Source: Ionaspis alba
Taxonomy: Eukaryota
Direction of reading: 5' to 3'
Assembly (NCBI GenBank): GCA_964255285.1
Contig: CAXUUL010000001.1
Span: 62,001-126,000, forward strand
DNA: 64,000 nt
Under the pieces are notes generated by a model. It searched no databases. It had not been told where the DNA came from and was given only the letters and a program-made list of their open reading frames with translations. Made by a program: the position numbers and the translations under genes. Positions within the stretch are counted from its first letter, which is position 1. Each line of letters opens with the position of its first letter. This document shows positions 39,338 to 50,634 of this stretch, piece after piece.

Positions 39338-39788
39338 TGCACGGAGAAAGAATCATACTCAGATCGTATGATCACTCGATATCGGTGTTACATCTTCTGC
39401 TATTGACGGAGAGGCCCAAGAATCCTGGGCTTCGACTAAGTCGATTGGTGTGAAGTGAGACATCAATGGTCGTTGAGATACCCAAGATACCTAGTATTAA
39501 CGATGCTTTCCAAACGAATATGAAAGTGTTATAAAGCGAGATGTTCTGTAAGTTTTGATTGCGACATTGAGTGACTTTGTCTCTTATGGCTTATCCTCAC
39601 GGTTCCAATAGTGTTCGAAGAGTTGAAGTCTTGTTGAAATGTCGAGGTCGAGGTTGGCTAGGGCATACCAAAATAGACTAGACTATACCAAACTATCTAG
39701 CGAAAAAGCTTCAGTCTCTAAAATTTCGCGATCGAAACTGTACCATCAACCCCACGAGCCATTTTTAAAAACCTCTACAGCCAGCAGC

Positions 39789-42233
39789 ATGGTGCTCTTC
39801 ATTCTGACCGAGACTTCGGCCGGCTTTGCTCTGCTCAAGGCAAAGGGTATGCTAAATTTGACGAATCCCCAGTTATGCGTGAACCCAACGAATCATTCAG
39901 CTAACCTGCCAATCCACTCAGACAAGAAGCTATTGCAGAAGGAGAACCTGGAGGCGGAGACCGAGACTGCAGAGGGAATATGCTCACTGTAAGCTCTCTT
40001 CTCGTGGTGCACACCCTTTCGATGGCGCAGCGCGAGCAATTCGTGTATAGCAGCACAACTGTATAGAGACTGATCTACGTTACCCACAGTTTGAAGCTCA
40101 AAGAATTTCAAAAGTTCGATAGTGCAGCTACTGCTTTGGAAGAGGTTGCAGCATTGGTCGAGGGCAAAGTCACATCTCGGTTGACCTCTCTGCTTGATTC
40201 TCTGAAAGATGAGAAAAAAGTCTCGCTGGCCGTGGCAGATCCGAAACTCGGTATGGTGTGGTGGCTGCGCTTGGAATAACATGAGAACTGAACAGAGCAC
40301 AGGAAATGCCATCAACAAGCTTCCGCAATTCACCATCACACCCATATCCGACTCGACGACCGCAGATTTGTATCGTGCCATTCGAAACCACCTTCCATCT
40401 CTCATCCCAGGACTGCTCCCTACGGATATCTCTACCATGTCGTTGGGTCTATCGCATTCTCTTTCCAGACACAAGCTTAAGTTCTCTCCGGACAAGGTTG
40501 ACACGATGATTGTGCAAGCAATTGCGCTCTTAGACGACCTGGACAAAGAGCTGAACACATATGCGATGCGTGTCAAGGAATGGTATGGCTGGCATTTCCC
40601 AGAGATGGGCAGGATCGTGAACGATAACCTAGCCTACGCACGGGTGATACTAAGCATGGGGATGAGGACTAGCGCTTCTGCCGCAGACTTGTCTGATATA
40701 CTGCCGGAAGAGATTGAAACTGCTGTGAAAGCTGCTGCGGAGGTTTCGATGGGAACGGAGATCACGACGGAAGATCTTGATAACATACAATCACTGGCAG
40801 AGCAGGTTGTCAATTTCACGGAGTACCGTCAGCAACTCTCGAGCTACCTCTCTGCTCGGATGGCTGCTATAGCACCCAACCTCACTGCACTTGTCGGTGA
40901 TCTTGTCGGTGCGCGACTCATCGCGCATGCTGGAAGTCTCATGAATCTTGCCAAAAGTCCCGCTAGTACGATACAGATTCTTGGAGCAGAAAAAGCGTTA
41001 TTCCGGGCCCTCAAGACAAAGCACGATACTCCAAAATATGGATTGATCTACCATGCTTCGTTGATCGGTCAAGCAACTGGCAAGAACAAGGGGAAAATAG
41101 CTAGAGTGCTGGCCGCTAAGGCAGCAATTGGCATTCGTGTCGATGCACTAGCGGACTGGAGTGCGGAAGGTGAAGGGAAAGGGGACATGGTTACCGAGGA
41201 AGAAAAATCCGCACTTGGTATGGAGAGTAGGCTGAAGATTGAAAGACGCCTGGCCGGGCTAGAAGGTAGACCACTTCGGTCGAAAGGTGTTGCAATTGCT
41301 CCCAATGGTGTCTCAGGCCAGCCAGGGAAATGGGAAGTGAAAGAAGCGAGAAAATACAATCCTGACGCTGATGGATTGGCTGGTAATGAGCCGGCTGCGG
41401 CAGTACCCATGGCGAAAACTCCTAAGAACAAGAAAGAAGATGTCAAGATGATCGAGGAAGTTGTCGATGGGCGAACTGAGGGTGATGACGATAAGGGCGG
41501 TCTTGACGAGGAAGATGAATCCGAGAAAGGGCAGACTGATGAGGAGATGGAGGATATCCCATCAGAGGCAGAGATAGCTGATGAGGAACCAGAAGCATCA
41601 GCAGCAGCCATCATGAAAGCAGTTCCTAAAACCACTTTCAATAAAGCTAATCCCAAAACAAAAGAAAACGATGAACTGTCAATCACCATCTCTACCGTTT
41701 CAGCAGATACCCCTGACTCTCCTGACTCGCCGACACAACAAGAATTGAATTGGCAATCCTCCATCCTCGGAAACACAAAGGACGCGAAGAAAGCGCGAAA
41801 AAAGGAGCGTCATGCTCGTAAGCTACAATTATCGGAAGAGCGCAGCGCCAAGAAGGCTTTGAAAAACGCCAAACTTGCTCGTCGTCTCGAACGCAAGGAA
41901 CGAAGGCTCAAACGCGCGGAACAGATTACAAGGAGAGACGATCGCGACGCGGAAAAGGTCATTGCACAGGCAAAACAGGCAGGCCTCTCTGTGACTCGGT
42001 TCAAGCGGAAGCTGGAAAGAGGTGAGATCAAATTCGAGGAGGACGGGATGGCGGTCGCTATATCGAAAAAGGATATCAAGAAAGCCAAAAAGGAGGCGGA
42101 GAAGAAAATGGCTGCTGCGCCTGCCTCGGCTGCAACGAATGGAAATATGGAGACAGGAAAGAAGAGGAAGAGGGAGGAAGTTTCCGGGGAGAAGGCGGAG
42201 AAGAAAAGGAAGAAAAAGAGTAAGGCGACTTGA
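39789..42233 (+). CDS. NOP58: Box C/D snoRNP core protein Nop58 (4 exons)
   Basis: [45 protein letters not shown], Nop domain [34 protein letters not shown], and a KKE-rich tail. Confidence 0.97.
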
Positions 42234-42533
42234 GTACCTTCTCCTGGGAAGATGATTGTAGCATATTGCTGGTACTGTATCTGGGGGCTGTTTAATCGCT
42301 GGATATCTCTGTGGCGTGGCGCATTAGGCGTACACACTGTGACTGTGCGGTCAAGGAACATAGTGTCATCGAAACATCTTGAAGATTCCCCAGTTTCTCC
42401 CATAATCGATTCATAGTCTTCGCACAACTCTTGTAGAAATTGATGAAAATCAGTTGAAAGGAAAGTGATTGCGCCGCCCGGCGCCTCATCTCGAAATCTC
42501 TTCTCCTAGATAGATGAGTAGCCACCTACGACA

Positions 42534-43103
42534 ATGAAGGTACCGTGCCGCTCCGCTTGCCTTTCAGCTACAGCACAGCCTGATGTTTCTCTAAGATACT
42601 AGAAGCTCAATCCGCAGTCCTCACAAATCACGAAGTCCTAGGTCATCTCAATGCCCTTACCGATCGCCGCTCTGCACAAACGTCTCAATGCGACATTTCG
42701 CCATTGAAAAGCGCAAATTACGAGACTGTTATAAAAGAGGTACAGGCCCTGCTTGCAATTCGCTCTCCGAGGGTTCGCGCGAACATTAAAGCTCATGCCC
42801 AGCCTGTAGCTATCTACCTACCTTTCCCCCTCCACCAGCACCTCCTCTTCTGGTCTTCCCCCGTACCAGCCACCTTGTTATACACCGACTACTATCCGCA
42901 CACTTATGCAGCGGCTCAAACCTTACGGCTTGACAAAGGGGGAGCTGTTGATGGTGCTCAATCTACGGCCAAGGGATCTGGGCTTCTTAGATTGTGTGGT
43001 CGAGGAGTGTGATGAGAGATTCAACGCTGAGGAGCAGGAAGCAATCTTAGGAATTGTGTGCGAGGTGCTCGGATGCGGAGAAGAAGGACGGAGTGATGCC
43101 TAG
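42534..43103 (+). CDS. RPC17: RNA polymerase III subunit C17 (RPC9/CRCP; 3 exons)
   Basis: MK|ILEAQSAVLTNHEVL..., NYETVIKE and LTKGELLMVLNLRP...LDCVVEECDERF (Rpb4/HRDC-like). Confidence 0.9.
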
Positions 43104-43610
43104 GACAACGTGGTAGAGGGCAAGGAGCTGATATGGCCTGGGCATGGTGGAATTTTGATTGCATAGCATGGGAAGGGAAAAGGACCGCTCCCAGGGATAT
43201 TCCACTGGCCGTATTTACGGGCAGCCGTTTTCACAGCTGGAGTATGTGTTCTTCTACTACTTTTGGCTGGAAGGGACTGGGCAGTCATTGAGGTGTTAGA
43301 TCATCCAATGCAGGTCAGATAAGTCCCTGACAGAGTTGGTACTTGTTGTGTGCGAATTCGGCTTTCCGAACATGCATTAACAGGGCACGATGACAAAATT
43401 GTACTTGACAATTACAGGCGTGAGAGACGAAACGGGCAATGTGTAATTCTGGAAACCGGCAGAGCCAAGGTGTTTGTACTAGAACAAGGACTTAATTCAC
43501 CACGGACTGACCCACGTTTCAAAACTCTCTTCGTAATATGATCTACGCCGCTTCCCCTTTACTCCTTCCCACCGTTCACTTTCTCAGGTTCAACATCCGA
43601 GAGTTCAAGA

Positions 43611-44251
43611 ATGGCTCCTTCAGCTGAAGCAGAGCATGTCCATCCTCGCCGGATCTCGAGAAAGAGCATGAGATCCTTCTACCACAACCCAGGAGGTACC
43701 CGGTAAGGGCTTTGTCTCATTCTGGGGTATGGAAGAGCTGGCTCAACCTGTTATTGGACAGTACTATACCACCACAAGACCACAAACAATGTCTGCCAGC
43801 TGTGGCAGAACAGCCGGAGAATCGTAAGAACAGAAAAGCTTTCTCAAGAAGTTTTCATGCTGATCGAGTACTTTTCGCATTCCCACAGCTTGTTATAGGC
43901 CATGACCAGCCTTTGGCTGCAGATGCTGCAGTGGTCCAACAAATTCTTGGAGTCGCCAGTACAGCTTCTACTCATGGAAGCCAGTATCAGTCTCCGATCA
44001 CTCAAAAGCAGTCAACACATCCAAAAAAAACTCGATCCGATCCGCAACAGATTACTACAATAGAAGTGCCTCTCGAGAGCATCCACCTCGGCCGACTTCA
44101 TAGTCTGAGCACCTTCGATCAACCAGAAGAAATTCATCGCGGTCAAGATATTTATCACGATGCACTTTTCTTCCGATGCCGCGCCCCACAGAAGCATCCA
44201 GACCAGGATGCTGAGAAGTACAACAAGTGGCTGGAAAGAATTGATGCGTGA
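43611..44251 (+). CDS. Orphan hypothetical protein (~190 aa, 2 exons)
   Basis: ATG at 43611 and intron 43703-43761 (GTAAGG...CTCAAC...ACAG) are in frame with ORF 43712-44251. No domain recognised. Confidence 0.5.
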
Positions 44252-44814
44252 AACAATCGTATGGCAGGTCTTCTGCAGACGGAGGAGGAAGGTGGCAAGC
44301 CTCGTCCCCAAGCCATCGTCGAATGCCTTGCTCAAGCACACAAAAACTTGATGGAGGCTAAATCCAAAGGATATAGCTTCTAGCTCACTAGTCTTACTTT
44401 GCAAGTTTCAGCCAGTGGAAGTGATCATGGACAATATTGAGTATGCCGTACGACGTCTTGTAGCTAGTACTTACAGAGATTACCTGGACACGCTAGAGTT
44501 AGCCGGCCGTGTCGATGGAATCTTTGCCTAGCAGACGCATACCAAATATGCCATCCAATCCTGCCATGGTACCCAGAAGATTTTCTTAGCTGCGCAGCAC
44601 TTCGTTCATGAAGCGAAGTCACAGAAATCCGAACGGTGACAGGGGGGGTACAGTTTCTGCTTTGGCTCAGGACATATCAAATAGACTGAACGTTCTTTCG
44701 AAATGCTCACGATAACTTTTCTCGAGGATTGCCACTGCTATATCACGTTATGGCATTGATCAGAAAAGCTATGGTGTCCGCAACATGTCCAAAAGCATCA
44801 GAGGGAGAGAGAGA

Positions 44815-45782
44815 TCATGGTTTCCTCATTTCGAACAAGCATGCTCTAGCGCCTCTCCAAACCTCTTCTACCACGTCCCTTCTTGGTAATAGATTCTGGC
44901 GCTAGTCAGTTCTGATAGCCAGTAAAATACAGATAAGCAATGGCAGAGGGCAGAAAAGCCAAGGGATCGTCCTCATCTACAAGATCTTGTACGATTGTTT
45001 CCCGTGTGTTCAATTTTTGGAATGTCGCCTGGGCTTTCAGGCTTAAGATACATTGTAGAGGCCATCCCCTGTAAACGAATGATGAAACGTTGTTGCAAGG
45101 TTTGCCCGCCCCAATATCCTGAGATTGCGTTCTCAAGAAGGTACTGGCAGTGTTTGCGGCAGATAAAAGATAGAACTTACGGGGAACACTACAACCACCT
45201 CAGCCTCTTCTTCCACTACTATTGCCAGGTAATACCGAACTTCGAAACCTTTGAAAGCTTCGTGAATGAAGATGTCTTGGATCTGGGACGTTGGGATAAA
45301 TCGCGTTGTGGAAGTGCTTAAATACGTGCTTGATGTCGTTGATGTCTGAATGCCAAGCGTCCGCAAGACGAGCAGAGACTCCTCTACTTGACATCAGTCT
45401 TTGAAAGCTTTGTGGCTTGCTAACATAGCAAATTATATTCAGTACCTGTATGGAAACGACGGAAACACAAAAACAGAACAATAATGGAAACGGGGACGAG
45501 AATTTGCCAGATAGTACCAGTCGCAAGTCTCTCTAGTGACGGCAGATTGATATGAAGCAAAGTAATTGACTTTGAGAGCACTATTTTAGGATTTTGACCC
45601 GTCTGTTCAATCTGATACTTGATGAGGAGGAGGACCAGGACGGACAAGGCAGTCAACGAACGTAGGAAGACAGTGAAGTAAAGTACCACATAAGCACTGA
45701 TGGTCTTCCGCGGTAGAGCATTCGATACGGTATACAGAATCGTGGTAGGAGACGGCCGCCGTATAGTCAGGTAGGGAGGCAT
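44815..45782 (-). CDS. GPI15: GPI-GlcNAc transferase subunit PIG-H/Gpi15 (3 exons)
   Basis: EESLLVLRTLGIQ, RFIPTSQIQDIFIHEAFKGFEVRYYLAIVV, and VVVFP|NLLPRRDVVEEVWRGARACL. Second intron 44896-45180. Confidence 0.92.
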
Positions 45783-46199
45783 TGTTGATATGGTCAAGAA
45801 CAGTCGCGTACGCTGAAAACATGTCGCGAACTTTGCTCGTACGGGCAGAGATCCATAGTCAAAGCTCCGACTGCTAATCGCCCACGCTTAAGCGGCTTGG
45901 GTGGTTCTGTAGCAGCACGCGCCCCTACTTTCGATCATCCCGACCGCTAATCAGGGAAAGTTTAGGGGCCCGAATCTTTTGCAAGGAAAGAATCACAATC
46001 TCGATTTTTGAGAAATCATGGAAGACAGTAATTTCAATGCATTGTGACTATCGCTAATGGGGGTATCTATTTACAGGACTGTGCTACCTCGATGCCCGTT
46101 TGTCGTTCACGTGACTTCTTTAGCATAGTGAACGGCGGACAGCCCTTTCCGCACAAGAACTCTTATATGCCCCAAGTCCAATTTCCAGCTCTTGAGCGA

Positions 46200-49100
46200 C
46201 TAAAAGGAGCTTCCGGAGGCACCAATGCTTACAAAAGAGTTGAAATCGGCTGGCAATTCCCACTGCATGTATCGTTAGTACCCATTCGTCCGACAGGAGG
46301 ATGTACTTACACCGTGAACAGCACAAGCACGTCTAAAAGCATCAACCGCCTCTCCAACTCCATAGTCCTTAGGGGTTCCATTCTCCAAACGCGCAGGCTT
46401 TGGGTCCGTCGAGGTTATAGCCATGCGCACCTGTAGTAGCACAGCCTCTATGTTCGACGCAGGATTCCAACCAGAGTTTGTGAGAAGCTCCATGCAAAGT
46501 GCACCTCCAGTAGTTACATGACCCCCTCCTCCAGCCATGAAGCTGAGAAAGCGGGGGCGGATTACCCTTACGAAAGGTGGGCTGTAAGGGAACTCTTTAC
46601 CAAAGCGGAGCTCCAACACAATGCTTTTGACGTCTTTTTGCTTCATATCCTTTGCAAGCGGGAGATGAGCATCGAAAGAATGGAGCTCGACGATCCACTG
46701 GTATACATTTGTAACCGTTTCAGGGTCAAGGTACCAGCCAAGTTCATTCGCGGGCTGAGTCTCCTGAGCCTTCAACGTCACCGCTAGCTCTCTCTGAAGT
46801 GCTTTGGTTGCTTGTGAGGTGGCGTATGATGGCGAAGCGAGCACGGGGAGTGTTGAATGATCCAAATTTCCAGGTTCAAAGTCAGTTACTGCTTTGTCTG
46901 TCCTCTTCTTGCCTGCACTTGACATCTGTAGGGAAGGTTTGTTGTCCCGCTGGAGAACTATTGAGCCAGCCTGTGGTTCACGAGATAATTCTCTGTCTTC
47001 CTCGTCTGTATCGTCAGACACAATTGTCTCTTCCTTGCAGGGTTCTGGTGATTGGACCTTTGATTTCTTTGTTCCGTGCCATCTTTTCACTTCTTTTGTC
47101 GTAGGACGCCGTGATCTGCTGATTGCCGTGATTGGAATCACAATGGCTTTTCCACCCGGAGATTTCGGATAATATCGAGAATCTTGCTCGAGTACATCAA
47201 TGGGGGCCTTGTCCTCAATTGATGTCTTCTCTGTGTTTTTGCACTGCACGAACAGATACCGAGTCTGGATCCAGTCGAGTTGAGAAACGACAAGGTGTGG
47301 GGAATTACTCACGAACTCCTTAGGCGCATTGACAATCTCATTCAGACAGAGTGCCTGAAAAATTTGCAATTGGCTTTGCCCCCATCCCAAGTTTGCGTCA
47401 GCACCATATCCGGCGTGGCCTCCACTGTATCCTAAGCTTGTATTAGCATCCAGGGAATGGTAGACACCATGACCATATGCCCGGCCGTGGACTGTATCGT
47501 TGAAGTGAAGGCCTTCTCTAACGATGGAATGCCAGTTGTGAAGACCACTTCCATGCCAGGCAAAGATGGTCGGAACGTTCAAGGACAAACGTTCTTTGGT
47601 CTGATTTACCGAGGTGACAAACCTTTGCTCCTTGTCTGGAGCGCCTTGTGCGAATCGGAACTGTTGAAACTGAGTCATACCGGAAACTCTGTCAACATCC
47701 TCGACTTGGAGAATACACGAACGGTTCGAAGCGATGATCCAACGGAGTAACCCGAGCGCCGCAGGGGATATTCGATCACTCCAAGCCCGAAGAGCCATAT
47801 GCTTAGCACCCATATCCATCAGGAAATCTTTCATCTCCACGACACTTGGTAAAGAAGCAAGCAACATGCATATAGAACTCTTCTTGCCGGTGTCGTCGAG
47901 ATCATCAAAGTTCTCATTATAGACTATAAAATTCACATCGGGAAGCTTCGAATGATCAGCGAAATCTGCAAGGGGAGGCGTGATGGCCGGCGTTGGAGCC
48001 TGTACTGGAGGCGTTCCGAGCAAGCTGAGATGTTGTTGATGCTCAGGTGTTGGAGTAGGAGTCACCACAGGAGGTCCCAACCGCACAACTGGATACCAGG
48101 TTTCTAGGACACGGCGATGCTGACCCTCCCCCAGCCTGCTTGGATAGACATAGAGCCATTCCCCGACTTTCAACGGCTTTTCTTTGAGGTCCTTTGGGAA
48201 GAGAAGCTCTGCGTTGAGACGATCGAATTTTGCTGTATGTACCCTAGGGTCGGGGTTATCGGCTCGAGCAGGGCCAGGAGGTTTTAAGAGGCCTGTATTG
48301 CTGTCGTATGCAACGGGCACCCCTCGCCAGGGCATGTTGGAGTACGTACCGACGGGGAAGCCCGGCACCAGATTTGGTGGCGGCACAGTAAGACCCATTC
48401 CAATTGGAAAAGTCTTCAAACTTCCGGCTGCGGCACTCGCGTAACAGAAACTAACCAGTAAATCTACAACGTATGGCTGAGTGAGTATCTCATGTTCGAT
48501 ACGGGGCCCGAATCCCAGTGCCATGTATTGGTACAGACAGAGCGGATTCGGACAGACATAAGGCTTAAGAGCTTCAAAGTCGGTCTCCAGTTTGCAATGA
48601 CACACCAAACAGAACTCGGTGCAACGAACCAGGTGCCTCAGGGTGAATTGCATCGCTACCAAAGGGAATGATCTTTCCTCAGTGCCTTCCGCCAAGTGGT
48701 CCGATGTCACTTGCTTGGGGAGTTGGGAAGTGAAGGCCCTGCGGTCCTCTACCCAGTACTTATCATCCACCATATCAGATCCATCATGTCTCATGCCTTG
48801 ATGATCGTTGAGATACATCTCAGCCCCGCTCCATTGAAGGGACATCGCGACTCGATAACGAATAAGGTCTACCAGACGCTCATTGACGAGTTCGTTCAAA
48901 GGTTGAGAGATGAACAGTCCACCTAGACCGGAAGTAGGCGATTCTGAGACGAGATCCTCGGACGACTTCAATTCGCTTCTCCTACAGTCCTTGTCACTGA
49001 GATGAGTGAAGGCCTCGATGGCTTCCTTGAGAGTGACTTTATATCTTCGGCTGACTCCAATCCTCATGTGCACACCGGACTGGCTGGCTGAGCGAAGCGC

Positions 49101-49975
49101 GGTGATTTGATCGAGATTGCGGTATCCATCGGTGTACTGAATAAGAATTGTTAGGTACTGTGTTCGGTCCAAGTGCCAAGCTTGAAGAGCATCGTCCGGA
49201 ATACCGAGTTTGGATACTCTGCATGAAATGGAGACGAAGGCTCCCTGACCATGATTGAGCAAATTCCCAAGGCAACCGACGCGGAATCCTGCTTTCTTCG
49301 CCTCTCGTAAATCTGAACGGATCCGGGCATTGTACTCTAGACTCGCAAAGCTGTCTGAAGGACGCCCCTGTGCGGACTGCGATGGCGCTGAGTTGGGCAC
49401 GTGGTTGGGAGGCGCCGCGAACGGCTCATCGTCATATTCATCGTCGAAGTCTTCTTGATCCTCCTCATCATCATAATCATCATCCGCTGCCCCATCAGAA
49501 CCATAGATTTCACTCTCATGAGGAAAATCAACGTCCATTAGATCATCATCCGCAGAGATAAGGTGAGCTCGTGAAGCTGATGTAGCCTTATCGAGAACCT
49601 TAACCGTCCTTGCTATCATCTGAGAGATCTTCAAGCCATCGAAGATGCTATGGTCAGACAGTGCTTGGTTGACCGCTGGAGGAACATTCTCTGAAGTTGT
49701 GTAGACAAAGTACTGGTGAGAACTTGGATAGTCTCCCACATCTGACGAGAAATATCAGCTTCGCCTCATAGTATGCACCACATACAAGGACATGGACTTA
49801 TCGACGTACCTGATACGTGGGCTTGCAGCTCCACTGCGGTTGCTTTGTCTCCGGGTGGTTTGTGCAAGAAGGTAAAGGTACCATCATCGTCTCCGGCTTT
49901 GAGATCGTAGACTTTGGCTGAGATCGACGTGATTTTGGCCTCTTGTAGGTCAGAGACAAATGCCTTTCGAGGCAT
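46200..49975 (-). CDS. PARP6/8-like ADP-ribosyltransferase fused to a C-terminal UBE2Q-like ubiquitin-conjugating (E2) domain (3 exons)
   Basis: Start MPRKAFVSDL; introns 49742-49809 and 46263-46310. Cys cluster CLVCH...YVCPNPLC. ART motifs FAWHGS..NWHSI.REGL and GRAYGHGVY.S. E2 motifs FPYSPPFVRVIRP and GHVTTGGALCMELL...GW. Confidence 0.9.
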
Positions 49976-50448
49976 GCTTGCTACCGTCTGTCGAGTATTA
50001 TGCTTGGTGTTCGAAGGCCATGCAATCACGTAAATGTGAGGTCTTGAAAGGAGTGACTGAAGAACTGATACAAGTAGCTTATCAGGTAAAGAGAGATCAA
50101 GGAACGTCGAACGTTCGAGGAAAGCAGAGGTAGGCCGCTTCAAGCATGAACTCTCAATGTCCAACAAGGCCCATGAGTAGAAGCAAGAGAAATTCGAGAA
50201 TCATGTGTTACGAAACTTTCTAGAGACCTTACGAACCAGAATGACATGACCGTAAGCTCGAGCGAGTGAAGCTCACGAATGCTCGAAGCGTAGTCCAAGG
50301 CATTTATCGGGCAGATGAGCCCTGGCCTACAGTATAGTCAAGCCGCGCCAGATTCAGGCACCAGCCCTGTCGACACGCTAAGCGGATTCACAGCGCCCCT
50401 GCCCGGCCACGGAGACACTACTTTAGCTGCCGTGAGCCCTTTAAGGGG

Positions 50449-50634
50449 CACGCGGGTGCCAAAATAAATGGTACACCAAAAATTGGTGTTCCCATAACTA
50501 CGCAGCCGGGGGATCGTTTACGACTGACGGGCTCCCCGATTCATCCACCTAGAATCTCCTTCTTCTAGGGGATTTAAAAGGGCGAGCCAGTTAAATCTCT
50601 CGTTTGGTGTACCATTTATTTTGGCAACCGGGTG
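50449..50634. mobile_element. Putative non-autonomous DNA transposon (MITE), 186 bp, with 32-bp TIRs and a 5-bp candidate TSD
   Basis: TIRs 50449-50480 and 50603-50634 match at 30/32 positions. Ends are CAC...GTG. AGGGG sits at 50444-50448 and at 50635-50639. No coding capacity. Confidence 0.65.

Noticed and set aside
39848..40089. Possible intronic snoRNAs in NOP58 introns
   Set aside because: No convincing box C; the CTGA present is explained by the branch point.
13787..43103. Apparent clustering of ribosome/RNA-biogenesis genes (SPB4, DEG1, MRPS28, NOP58, RPC17)
   Set aside because: They are interspersed with unrelated housekeeping genes and I saw no shared regulatory motif; consistent with ordinary core-genome gene order.
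44955..45010. Hammerhead-like (GATGAG/GAAAC) or U4-like (CACGGGAAA..TGAGGA) motifs in the PIG-H intron
   Set aside because: The CTGATGA core is absent (TAGATGAG), the U4 similarity is patchy, and the Sm-like site is on the opposite strand.
45078..45122. Box C (ATGATGA) and box D (CTGA) pair on the plus strand
   Set aside because: Only ~45 nt apart, antisense to the host gene, and no terminal stem.
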